Assembly (NCBI GenBank): GCA_963805975.1
Contig: CAWDVR010000001.1
Span: 1,120,001-1,184,000, forward strand
Length of the DNA stretch: 64,000 bases
Source: an uncultured Acidobacteriota bacterium
GTDB lineage: Bacteria; Acidobacteriota; Thermoanaerobaculia; Multivoradales; SZUA-115
Direction of reading: 5' to 3'
Shown: positions 10,201 to 14,523 of the stretch, piece by piece
Layout: every line of letters begins with the position of its first letter
Position numbering within the stretch: position 1 is the first letter of the stretch
Notes under the pieces: model-generated
Told to the model about the DNA's origin: nothing
Databases searched by the model: none
Seen by the model: the letters and a program-made list of their open reading frames with translations, nothing else
Program-made: the position numbers and the translations under genes

Positions 10201-11025
10201 GAAAGAGGCCAGCAGGACCCGAAAGAGACTCGTCTCGCTCTGCCGCTTCAGCTCTTCGAGGCCAGCCACCAGCGTCGGTCGCAGCTGCCACTCGACATCT
10301 GCCGCCGCACCGACCGGGGTTGCCGGGCGAGCTCGGTCCGTCGGCAGCGCGAGCTGCGTGGGCGATGAGCCCAGGGTCTCGCGGAAGAACCGGGCATGGG
10401 CCTCATAGGTGTCGCTGCCGATCGCGAGCCGCTCCCGTTGCCAGGCGGTGAAGCTCGGGTAGGGGAGCCCAGGCTCGAGCTCACCGCCGTGATAAATCGC
10501 CGACAGATCCTCCACGAAGATCTGGGCCGCCGTGGCATCCATGACGAGATGGTGGGCGAGCAGCAGCAGGCGGTGCTCCAGTGCGGAGAGCCGGAGCAGG
10601 AGGAAGCGGTAAAGCGGCCCGGCTTCGAGGTCGAACGGCTGGCGCAAGGGAGCCAAGAGGCAGGCGGAGATGGCCCGAGAGCCTGGCGACCGAGGAAGGC
10701 AGGAGAAGTCGACACAGGGGCAGCGAAGCGGGGGCGTGGCTTCGACCCGCTGGACCGGATCGCCCGCGATCGGCTCGAAAACGAGGCGGAGGGCCTCGTG
10801 GTGCTGGACGAGCCGGCGAAGCGCCTGGATCAACCGGCCCGGAGCGAGCGGACCGCTCAGCCGGATGCTGTAGCCGAGGTTGTAGAGGGACGTCCCCGGC
10901 GCGAGCTGCTCCATGGCCCAGAGAGCTGTCTGGCCATAGGAGAGAGAGACGGCCTCACGCCTGGACGACGTCCCCATCGTTCCATTCCGTGCACCGCGAG
11001 CCCCAGGCTTCCCGCGCGCTCCCAT
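1..11025 (-). CDS. Multimodular non-ribosomal peptide synthetase, 3'-partial (>3,675 aa): C-A-T-C-A-T-C-A-T-C...
   Basis: ATG at 11025 (alternative 10977). Absent from the ORF track, consistent with no in-frame stop before base 1; the long + strand shadow ORFs all sit in one antisense frame. Manual translation gives C motifs HHLVMDA (~10545), HHAILDG (~7295), HHVILDG (~4065), HHIVSDG (~805); A3 motifs YLLYTSGSTGWPKG, YVIFTSGSTGRPKA, YVMFTSGSTGEPKG; PCP motifs FFDLGGDSI (~7915, ~4685) and FFDLGAHSL (~1410). Confidence 0.95.
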   Translation of the reverse strand, partial: MGARGKPGARGARNGTMGTSSRREAVSLSYGQTALWAMEQLAPGTSLYNLGYSIRLSGPLAPGRLIQALRRLVQHHEALRLVFEPIAGDPVQRVEATPPLRCPCVDFSCLPRSPGSRAISACLLAPLRQPFDLEAGPLYRFLLLRLSALEHRLLLLAHHLVMDATAAQIFVEDLSAIYHGGELEPGLPYPSFTAWQRERLAIGSDTYEAHARFFRETLGSSPTQLALPTDRARPATPVGAAADVEWQLRPTLVAGLEELKRQSETSLFRVLLASFAAFLHRVSGEREVILGVPFHGRSHPEGLHERVLGYFANTLPLPTHWSAGQPFLDSLGRLSTAVAALARHQDFPNELVGGLIARPGISALANLYSVVMVQHRLLRPGADGEVRMEGDILPRDHSPFDLVVQTARIGDGLRLVFEYRSDLFDHTTIERWARQLERLLAGVVADPSQAVGSLPLMARAERHQLIHEEHEPGSSTAGGTLDALFAARVSERPDAVAVVCDGRQLSYGELARQAWNLAGRLRAAGVAEEKAVALCAGRGEEMVAGILGILAAGGFYVPLDPELPRERLAWVLADAAPVALVTDGSFPMDLAPELGREPVIATAAQPWDLTPELPQRLAYLLYTSGSTGWPKGVAVTHASVVRLLAESQAHVGFGRDDVWSFFHAMSFDFSVWELWGALAQGGRLVVVPYWVSREPEELHGLLTRERVTVLSQTPSAFRSYQDVALTAPAQPPLRQIVFGGEALTPESLRPWIERFGDREPRLFNLYGITETTVHVTCQRIGRPEIESCSPASPIGRPLPAWETYLLDRRGEPVGLGVTGEIHVGGAGLARGYWQRPAESASRFLPHPWSRDAGARLYRSGDLARRRADGRLEYLGRTDQQVKIRGFRIETGEVEAALARCPAVGEAAVLVHRDRDEPARLVAVVTPADPASGASSGILNPALSAPALRRHLAAILPPSMIPASFVVLAAMPLTVNGKLDRAALAHHALRGGEAHAAARRGRPYQAPETPAEKRLAEIFAAVLGHREVGVLDSFFDLGGDSIRGLQIRARAAAVGLALTLEQIFRHPVIADLAQLAGEAVPGGTVPRPRPFALVPAEVRQRLPADVEDAYPLTRLQAGMLFHGEAEGEAGLYHDVFTYHLRGDFDARRLRRSLEVVVRRHPTLRTSFDLGSFGEPLQRVHWRAVVPLAVTDLRGLPAIAQESAIAAAIASEKRRPFDLARPPLLRCQAHPRGDGRFQLTLSFHHAILDGWSLASLVTELLATYLARQDELAALPAAPQGHFRDFVALEQAVLAAGEHRVFWQGETDEAPPWLAGGTAPVAAAPREVEQRSLAFSPEITAGLRRLAAQAEAPLKSVLLAAHLAVLGRLCGAGRVTTGLVLHGRPEEEDGDRILGLFLNTVPFRLSLSAGSWVDLVRRTLAHEREVLPHRRYPMAEIRRLRDGQPLFDTAFNFFHYYVYRDLARHEGELAILDSRFVEATDLPLLLNFHLEPDGRQAGLFLAHDRRRFDDTEIERWSACYRRTLAAMAADPAARHERFLPWSAAERQQVLHEWNPAVRARDADSVTAIHQLFARVAERQPDAVALVGGALGGGAEQISYGELRRRASHLARRLRALGVTTETPVGLGLERSPALIVAILAVLEAGGFYLPLDPAHPPERSHRMLREVGATLLLVHGSSPLEPPPGVEPIDLDGYDPAGTTGEALAAPPILGEQIAYVIFTSGSTGRPKAVAVSHHNLLRLFAVTRDGVGFGPDDVWCLFHAHTFDFSVWEIWGPLAHGGRLVLVPPAVGRVPDELHGLLLREGVTVLNQTPSAFRGLQEVAVAAAAGSGRLRRVIFGGEALDAGSLASWFDRFGTARPRLLNLYGITETTVHVTLEPLHAGGGSPIGRPLADLEVHLLDGRGEPVPIGTPGEIWVGGAGLARGYWGRPAETAARFRPHGHAGLPGERLYRSGDLARHRPDGSLLYLGRRDNQVKVRGHRIELGEIEAALRRQPGVGEAVVIALPHAESGSQLIAFVVPQAPGPAAPASELRAALRRLLPEAMLPAAYLAVAALPLTLHGKVDRAALVRQAPALISELPAERPFVPAANEAEETLAAIFGEVLGRARVSAGDSFFDLGGDSIHSLQVRSRAAARGLSFTVADLFRHPVVRELARLAGGGTHEEEPSLPFALLSAAERRVLPGDVEDAYPLTRLQWGMVAKAGDAPGLGLYHDVFSYEIAVEGLSLAALVLAWERIVERHAVLRSSFDLARFAEPLQRVHSRARMPFAVTDLRRLAPADQTAAVLAWVEREKARPFDLGRPPLLRCHVHLRSATCLQLALSFHHVILDGWSVASLLTELLATWSALATGASSLAPAPPRATFRDYVALEGRSLAATASRRFWLAATADEPAELPSLTAWGLAARERSRPPAVRQLRRSLPATVAAGVPAVAARAGAPVKSVLLAAHLQALATLCGTSRPTTGLVWNGRQETTDGDRVLGLFLNTLPFQVETSLHLEAGRDTWLDLVRRCAAAEREQHPHRRFPLAELRRLRGRPLFGVAFNFVHFHVYRELAGSGIGIRGGVFHEATDLPLIVNVHLDPTSGEIVLDLRYDAGRFEATAIARWLGYHVAALAEMVSRPLAEPDRLLPLSAAERQQLTLEWSDKAPSQPVAGTLHELFAEQAAARPEAIAVDGEGELLSYQGLALRAHRLAHRLRQLGVGPDTPVAVCRERSPAAITAFLGVVAAGGAYVPLDPASPPERLARMLRLVVPPGGLVLGERSARLTAGADLAIADHGPHVDLDDPLLARQPGTPPVTATTEDHLAYVMFTSGSTGEPKGVAVPHRGVVRLVRHGGFMTLSSRAVFLQLAPTAFDAATLEIWGTLLQGGRLVLPPAGRLSLAEIGAAIVRHRVNRLWLTAGLFHQMVDSELPALAGVEELLAGGDVLSPAHVRAALAALPGTRLVNGYGPTESTTFAACHAMTGPGGGDPDQPIPIGRPIGDTRVVLLDRRGRPVPIGVPGELCIGGSGLARGYFARPGWTAERFVPDPLGPGRLYRSGDRARFRADGTLEFLGRLDQQVKVRGFRVEPGEVEVTLAAQPGVAQAAVVVHEMADEDRHLVAYVVRAPGSEDELDAALLRRRLGRLLPAHLVPSFFVFLDALPLTRHGKVDRTALALRTAEVFRAGSSARQDAAERPAAGLLAPRSGLEEILVEIWSETLGVSRLGVADDFFDLGAHSLLFARALARLRDVFQVELPLADVFAAPTVAGVARCLQAALARDHGSPPPPLVAGLAGPASHGAAAPLSFAQQRLWFLQQLVPDNPFYNTPFALELQGELDPRGLGLALREIVRRHDVLRTVFPAPGGRPAQVVQSPGHLDLPVVDLAGLAGGKRLAAARQLARQEAERSFDLVRGPLFRPWLLRLGASEHHLLLTHHHIVSDGTSLAILHREIAELYAAGCEGRPPRLAELPARYADYAVWQRQWQHGEAIAPHLEFWRQALGELPPLGLATDRARPTHPAYQGASCDADLPPDLFGPLRALGRRAGATPAMTLLAAFLAWLARAGGQERVAVGSPVAGRDRLEIEDLIGLFVNSLVMVGDLTGEPTFSRLIERVKSAALGAYAHQDLGFDKLVEELAPARSLSRNPFFQVVFAYQMPPSPTLPAAEVAISRVVPEVRWTRFDLELHVWPEGDGLRGLWIYDRALFD
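1290..4490 (-). other. NRPS module 3: modAA-like C, Val-type A domain, PCP (GAHSL)
   Basis: DAYPLTRLQWGMV..YHDVF..EPLQRVH..SFHHVILDGWS..FNFVHFHVY. A core FDAATLE/LWLTAG/LLAGGD/NGYGPTESTTFA gives code DALWLGGTFK (Val/aliphatic). Confidence 0.8.
4580..7710 (-). other. NRPS module 2: modAA-like (dehydrating) C, Thr-type A domain, PCP (GGDSI)
   Basis: DAYPLTRLQAGMLFH..YHDVF..EPLQRVH..SFHHAILDGWS..FNFFHYYVY; A code DFWNIGLVHK. Boundaries approximate. Confidence 0.8.
7800..10950 (-). other. NRPS module 1: N-terminal (starter-position) C, Thr-type A domain, PCP (GGDSI)
   Basis: LSYGQTALW..YNL, HHLVMDA. A-domain core FDFSVWE/LSQTPS/IVFGGE/NLYGITETTVHVT gives specificity code DFWSVGLVHK, close to the Thr code DFWNIGMVHK. 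Boundaries approximate. Confidence 0.8.
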
Positions 11026-11040
11026 CCCCTGGCTTCGAGC

Positions 11041-12105
11041 CTACTTCGAGGCCCTGCGGGCCCGCTTGGGCGGGGCTTTCACTTCGGGCTCGAACCAGCC
11101 CACCGAGTCAAGCCAGGCCAGGGTGCCAGTCAACCAGGGTGGATTACCGGTTCCGCCGCCGGTGGCGATCGTCCGCAGCCGCTCCTTGATCACCTTGCCT
11201 GTGCCTTCCGGCGGCATCGTGCTGTCCTCGAGGTCGAAATCGAGCAACTCGCCGCCAAGCTTCATCGGCGGGTTCAGCCGCATGAAGTTCTCGCCGAGGA
11301 TCGACTTGCATTGGAAGTCGACCGCCATCATTCCGGACTCGAAGAAGGCTTCCACCAGGGCGAACGGCCGGCGCAGATCGAGCAACCACTGTTTCCATCC
11401 CCAGGGTGCGTTCTCCACGTTGAGACCTGAGCCCGTGAGGCCTGTGCCGACGGAGAGCAGCCGGATCTCGGTCGGTCTCATCGGCTCTCCCTTGCCTCCA
11501 AGCGGGGTGCTCAATGCCTGGGCGAGCGCGCACATGCTCGGGTTGTTGGCGTAGAGCCCGCCGTCGACGAAGCCCTGGTAGATCGGGAAGAAAATCGGTC
11601 CGGCGCTCGTCCGCAAGGCGACGTCGAGGGCCGACTGGCCGAGGTCGGGCTCCCCCTTGCCGCCGAAGTTGTTGAACACTTTCGGCTTCCAGGTCGGCAC
11701 GCCACCCTTCGCCTCGCCCATCAGATCGAAGGTCGGGATCACTACGTACTGCCCTTGCGCAGCCAGGCTGCCGAGGGTGTTCGTGCCCAGCAGGGGAGTG
11801 AGGCTGTCCTTCAGGTAAGCATTGCTGCTGATCGAGAACCAGCCGCTGATCGTCGCGAAGAGCGAGCGCAGGGGCCTTCCGGCGCTCGGGCTCTGCGACC
11901 ACAACGAGATCGACTGCTGCAGGCCGGACGCCCGGTCGGCTGCCGTCATCATAAGCAACGCGTTGATCCCGCCGGCGGAGGTGCCGGCAAAGGCGTCCAC
12001 TTGGGCTAGGAACTCGGGCCTCTTGCGCTGGATCTGCTCGATCGCGTAGAGGGAAAAGAGTGAAAGGATTCCTCCGCCGTCCATTGCCAGGATGTTGAAG
12101 GCCAT
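11041..12105 (-). CDS. Patatin-like phospholipase/acyl hydrolase
   Basis: MDGGG glycine block, GTSAG nucleophile elbow, SAGPIFF, VDGGLYANNP catalytic Asp motif. RBS AAAGGGAG. Stop lies about 15 bp before the NRPS ATG. Confidence 0.9.
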   Translation of the reverse strand: MAFNILAMDGGGILSLFSLYAIEQIQRKRPEFLAQVDAFAGTSAGGINALLMMTAADRASGLQQSISLWSQSPSAGRPLRSLFATISGWFSISSNAYLKDSLTPLLGTNTLGSLAAQGQYVVIPTFDLMGEAKGGVPTWKPKVFNNFGGKGEPDLGQSALDVALRTSAGPIFFPIYQGFVDGGLYANNPSMCALAQALSTPLGGKGEPMRPTEIRLLSVGTGLTGSGLNVENAPWGWKQWLLDLRRPFALVEAFFESGMMAVDFQCKSILGENFMRLNPPMKLGGELLDFDLEDSTMPPEGTGKVIKERLRTIATGGGTGNPPWLTGTLAWLDSVGWFEPEVKAPPKRARRASK

Positions 12106-12220
12106 GGTCTGGTTCTCCCTTTCTGCCGGTGAAAAACCTTCGCCGTGAACACAATTTCCCTGACCGAGCCTGCGAAGGGGCTCGTAAGCTCGAGCTCACA
12201 CGGTCCCTTGCACAAGCTTC

Positions 12221-12463
12221 CTACTCGACCTTGACCTTCTTTGAAGCCGGCTGCGGCTTCGCCTCCGCCGCCAGGTTGTCGATCGCGGCCTGGACGACCG
12301 AGGTATAGCCCTGGAGGATCGTGAGCCCCGCCTGCAGATAGGCGGCACGCAAGGTCTTGCTGGCGCTCGTTAAATCCGCGGTCTGCGGGGCGAGCTTGGA
12401 GAGCTCGGCGATCTGCTGCATCACGGTGCCAAGAATGTCGCTCGGACCACCCACCTGGCTCAT
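12221..12463 (-). CDS. 80-aa amphipathic helical protein with C-terminal KKVKVE tail
   Basis: Strong RBS GAGGAGGAG, 12 bp after the arsA-like stop; GC3-biased codons; periodic hydrophobic pattern with no TM segment. Confidence 0.8.
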   Translation of the reverse strand: MSQVGGPSDILGTVMQQIAELSKLAPQTADLTSASKTLRAAYLQAGLTILQGYTSVVQAAIDNLAAEAKPQPASKKVKVE

Positions 12464-12475
12464 GGTGCTCCTCCT

Positions 12476-13651
12476 CTACTTGAAGTCGATGCTCAGCTCG
12501 TTGCCTTCCATCCGGGCCTGCGTCGTCTTGAATTGGGCCAGGGAGCGCGGCAGGGCAACGTGGCGCTTGAAGCTGGAGATACGGACAATCAGCTCGTGCT
12601 CGTTACGCGTTAGGACAATCTCGTCCTTTTCGACGAAAGGCAGGACCATTTTCAGCCGGTAGATGCCATCCGCCTTTTCGAAACTGAACGGCGGAGCGTC
12701 GACCTGCCGTGCCGCCGGATCCTGGTCGCCGAACAGGACTCGTCCGACCTCGGCCAAGCGATCGATGCCCACCACCTCGTCGCCGAACAGAGGCACCCTG
12801 GAGACCGGGATCGGGTCGAAGTACTTCTCGATCTGAGCGGCGTAGTTCGCGTGGGTGCCCACCCAGCCCGCGAGGTATCCCTCGGCCGAGCTGATCAAGC
12901 GATTGATGATCACGCCGTCCGTATTCATACCGTACATGCAGAAGTACGTGTAGGCTCTCTGTGTCTCACGGACAACCATCTTCTCGGCGTTGGTCACCAG
13001 GCGCACCGAGGTGACCTCCGGGTCCTTCAGCAGCTCGTCGATCCCTTCGAGCCGCCCGAAGGCGTTCTTCAGCGAGTCGAAGTAGCTGTCCTGTGGCAAG
13101 GGATAGTCGATGAGCTTGCTGGCGATCGGACGCGCCACCTTCAGAATCGCGCGATCCGTCTTGAATCGCTTGCGAACATACCAGTCAATCGATGTCATCA
13201 GATTGACGAAGCGCAACGATTCGCTAGTCGGTGGACAATCGACGACGATCAAGTCGTAAGTATCTTCGCGGTAATGCTGATTGATCGCCATCAACGCGAT
13301 CAGATCCTCCATACCGGGCATGATGGCCACTTCCTCGGCTACGATGCCACTCATCCCCATGGAGGAGAAAAAAGCCCCGATGTAGTGATAGAGGTCTCCC
13401 CATTGCCGCTCGATCTGCTCTTGAACGTCGACCTCCTGAAGGTCGAGGTTTTCCGCCATGCGCAACGGAAGGCCCCCATGCTGATCGAACAGGCTGCAAT
13501 CGAGGTTGAAGGAATCCGAGAGACTGTGAGCGAGATCGAAAGAAAGGACGAGGGTTCGATGGCCCCTTCGGGCCGCAGCAACGGCTGTCGCCGCAGCGAT
13601 CGTGGTCTTGCCGACACCCCCCTTGCCGGAGACGAGGATCACGCGCTTCAC
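12476..13651 (-). CDS. ArsA/TRC40/Get3-family ATPase with C-terminal HSP20-like (alpha-crystallin) domain, Get3d-like
   Basis: Deviant Walker A GKGGVGKTT, DLAHSLSDS, PGMED, DCPPT (DTAPT equivalent), EKMVVRET. Single ATPase domain plus beta-rich tail YRLKMVLPFVEKDEIVLTRNEHELIVRISSFKRHVALP..ARMEGNELSIDF. Confidence 0.9.
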   Translation of the reverse strand: MKRVILVSGKGGVGKTTIAAATAVAAARRGHRTLVLSFDLAHSLSDSFNLDCSLFDQHGGLPLRMAENLDLQEVDVQEQIERQWGDLYHYIGAFFSSMGMSGIVAEEVAIMPGMEDLIALMAINQHYREDTYDLIVVDCPPTSESLRFVNLMTSIDWYVRKRFKTDRAILKVARPIASKLIDYPLPQDSYFDSLKNAFGRLEGIDELLKDPEVTSVRLVTNAEKMVVRETQRAYTYFCMYGMNTDGVIINRLISSAEGYLAGWVGTHANYAAQIEKYFDPIPVSRVPLFGDEVVGIDRLAEVGRVLFGDQDPAARQVDAPPFSFEKADGIYRLKMVLPFVEKDEIVLTRNEHELIVRISSFKRHVALPRSLAQFKTTQARMEGNELSIDFK

Positions 13652-14047
13652 GACAACTCGCTCTGCATAGCTTTACCTCGTGCGCAAAGATCTCTAGAGG
13701 GCCAGCAAGATACGCCTCAGCCGAAGCTTCCACGGATTGCAACTTGCTCGACTGCGAGTATAGAGGGATGTCGTCAGCGTGCGCAAGAGTAAATCTACCT
13801 CTCAAGCCTTGTGCAGACACTGCTTACGACTTCTGGACATCGCTCTCGGAGACGTGTACAATTCTTGCCTGCGTATTTCGGCAAGACGTAGTAATGCACA
13901 GAGGCGTCGATGCCATACAACCGTCGGCCCTGACGGCGCTACTCTACGCCGCTCGCATAGCCTTCTCGCGGCATCGCCAAGTGCGCAGGGATGCATAAGA
14001 GGTGGGATCGATCCAATCTGTGCCAAATTAGCAACGGAGGCGAGGCC
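13652..14047. promoter_or_regulatory. Divergent promoter region of the island with a palindromic candidate operator
   Basis: About 400 bp, lower GC, between divergent genes. TCTTGCC-N10-GGCAAGA at 13863-13886; GTGCGCA recurs at ~13680, ~13779, ~13981. Confidence 0.4.
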
Positions 14048-14455
14048 ATGTCGCTGGAAGACCAACTCAAGGCGAAAGAAGAGGAATACTGGAAGTTGTG
14101 GGCGGATCTCGATCAGGCAGCGTTTCTCGACCTCTTCAGTGATCGCGTCCTCGCCTGGCCCAGCGGGTTGCCTTATCCGATGGGTAAAGATTGGTTCAAG
14201 CTTTGGACCAAGACGACCTTCGAGAACATCGAGCCCGGCACATTCAACTTCAAGCTCGGGCAGATGTACGTGCAGATGATCGATGACACGAGCGGGATCA
14301 TTTACTACGCATGGTCCTATGATGCCACCCTCAAAATGCCACCTGGCCCTCGTCATGCTTCCGGAACGCTCTCTCACACCTGGGTTCTGGAAGAAGACTG
14401 GGCGATCATTGGCGGGACCAGTCAGGCCAATCCGACTGTAACGAGCGCCCTGTGA
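14048..14455 (+). CDS. NTF2/SnoaL-like (DUF4440-type) small protein
   Basis: ATG 14048 after GGAGGCGAGG; alpha+beta pattern ending in HTWVLEEDWAIIGG, typical of NTF2-fold proteins. Confidence 0.7.
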   Translation: MSLEDQLKAKEEEYWKLWADLDQAAFLDLFSDRVLAWPSGLPYPMGKDWFKLWTKTTFENIEPGTFNFKLGQMYVQMIDDTSGIIYYAWSYDATLKMPPGPRHASGTLSHTWVLEEDWAIIGGTSQANPTVTSAL

Positions 14456-14523
14456 GTTTGGAGGCGAAATCTCATCAGTGCTATTTCTTGCGCTGACCGC
14501 CGAATTTGACGGAGGAGATCGAC

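Noticed and set aside
61-11430. Long + strand ORFs (401-960 aa) over the NRPS region
   Set aside because: All lie in one antisense frame of the NRPS; shadow ORFs from high-GC codon bias with no motifs.
11041-12105. CBASS CapV effector / anti-phage system
   Set aside because: No CD-NTase or Cap2/Cap3 gene in the neighbourhood.
12221-12463. 80-aa protein as RiPP precursor or as evidence of chlorosomes/phototrophy
   Set aside because: No leader/core organisation, and no bch/csm/psc genes in the window; resemblance to Csm proteins is only in pattern.
12476-13651. Arsenic-resistance ArsA
   Set aside because: Single ATPase domain with HSP20-like tail, no arsB/acr3/arsC/arsD/arsR nearby, no recognisable metalloid-binding Cys set.
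13744-13998. Possible RiPP precursor ORF for the radical SAM enzyme
   Set aside because: No GC3 bias, poorly spaced SD, no leader or double-glycine motif; lies in the divergent promoter region. Not strictly excluded.
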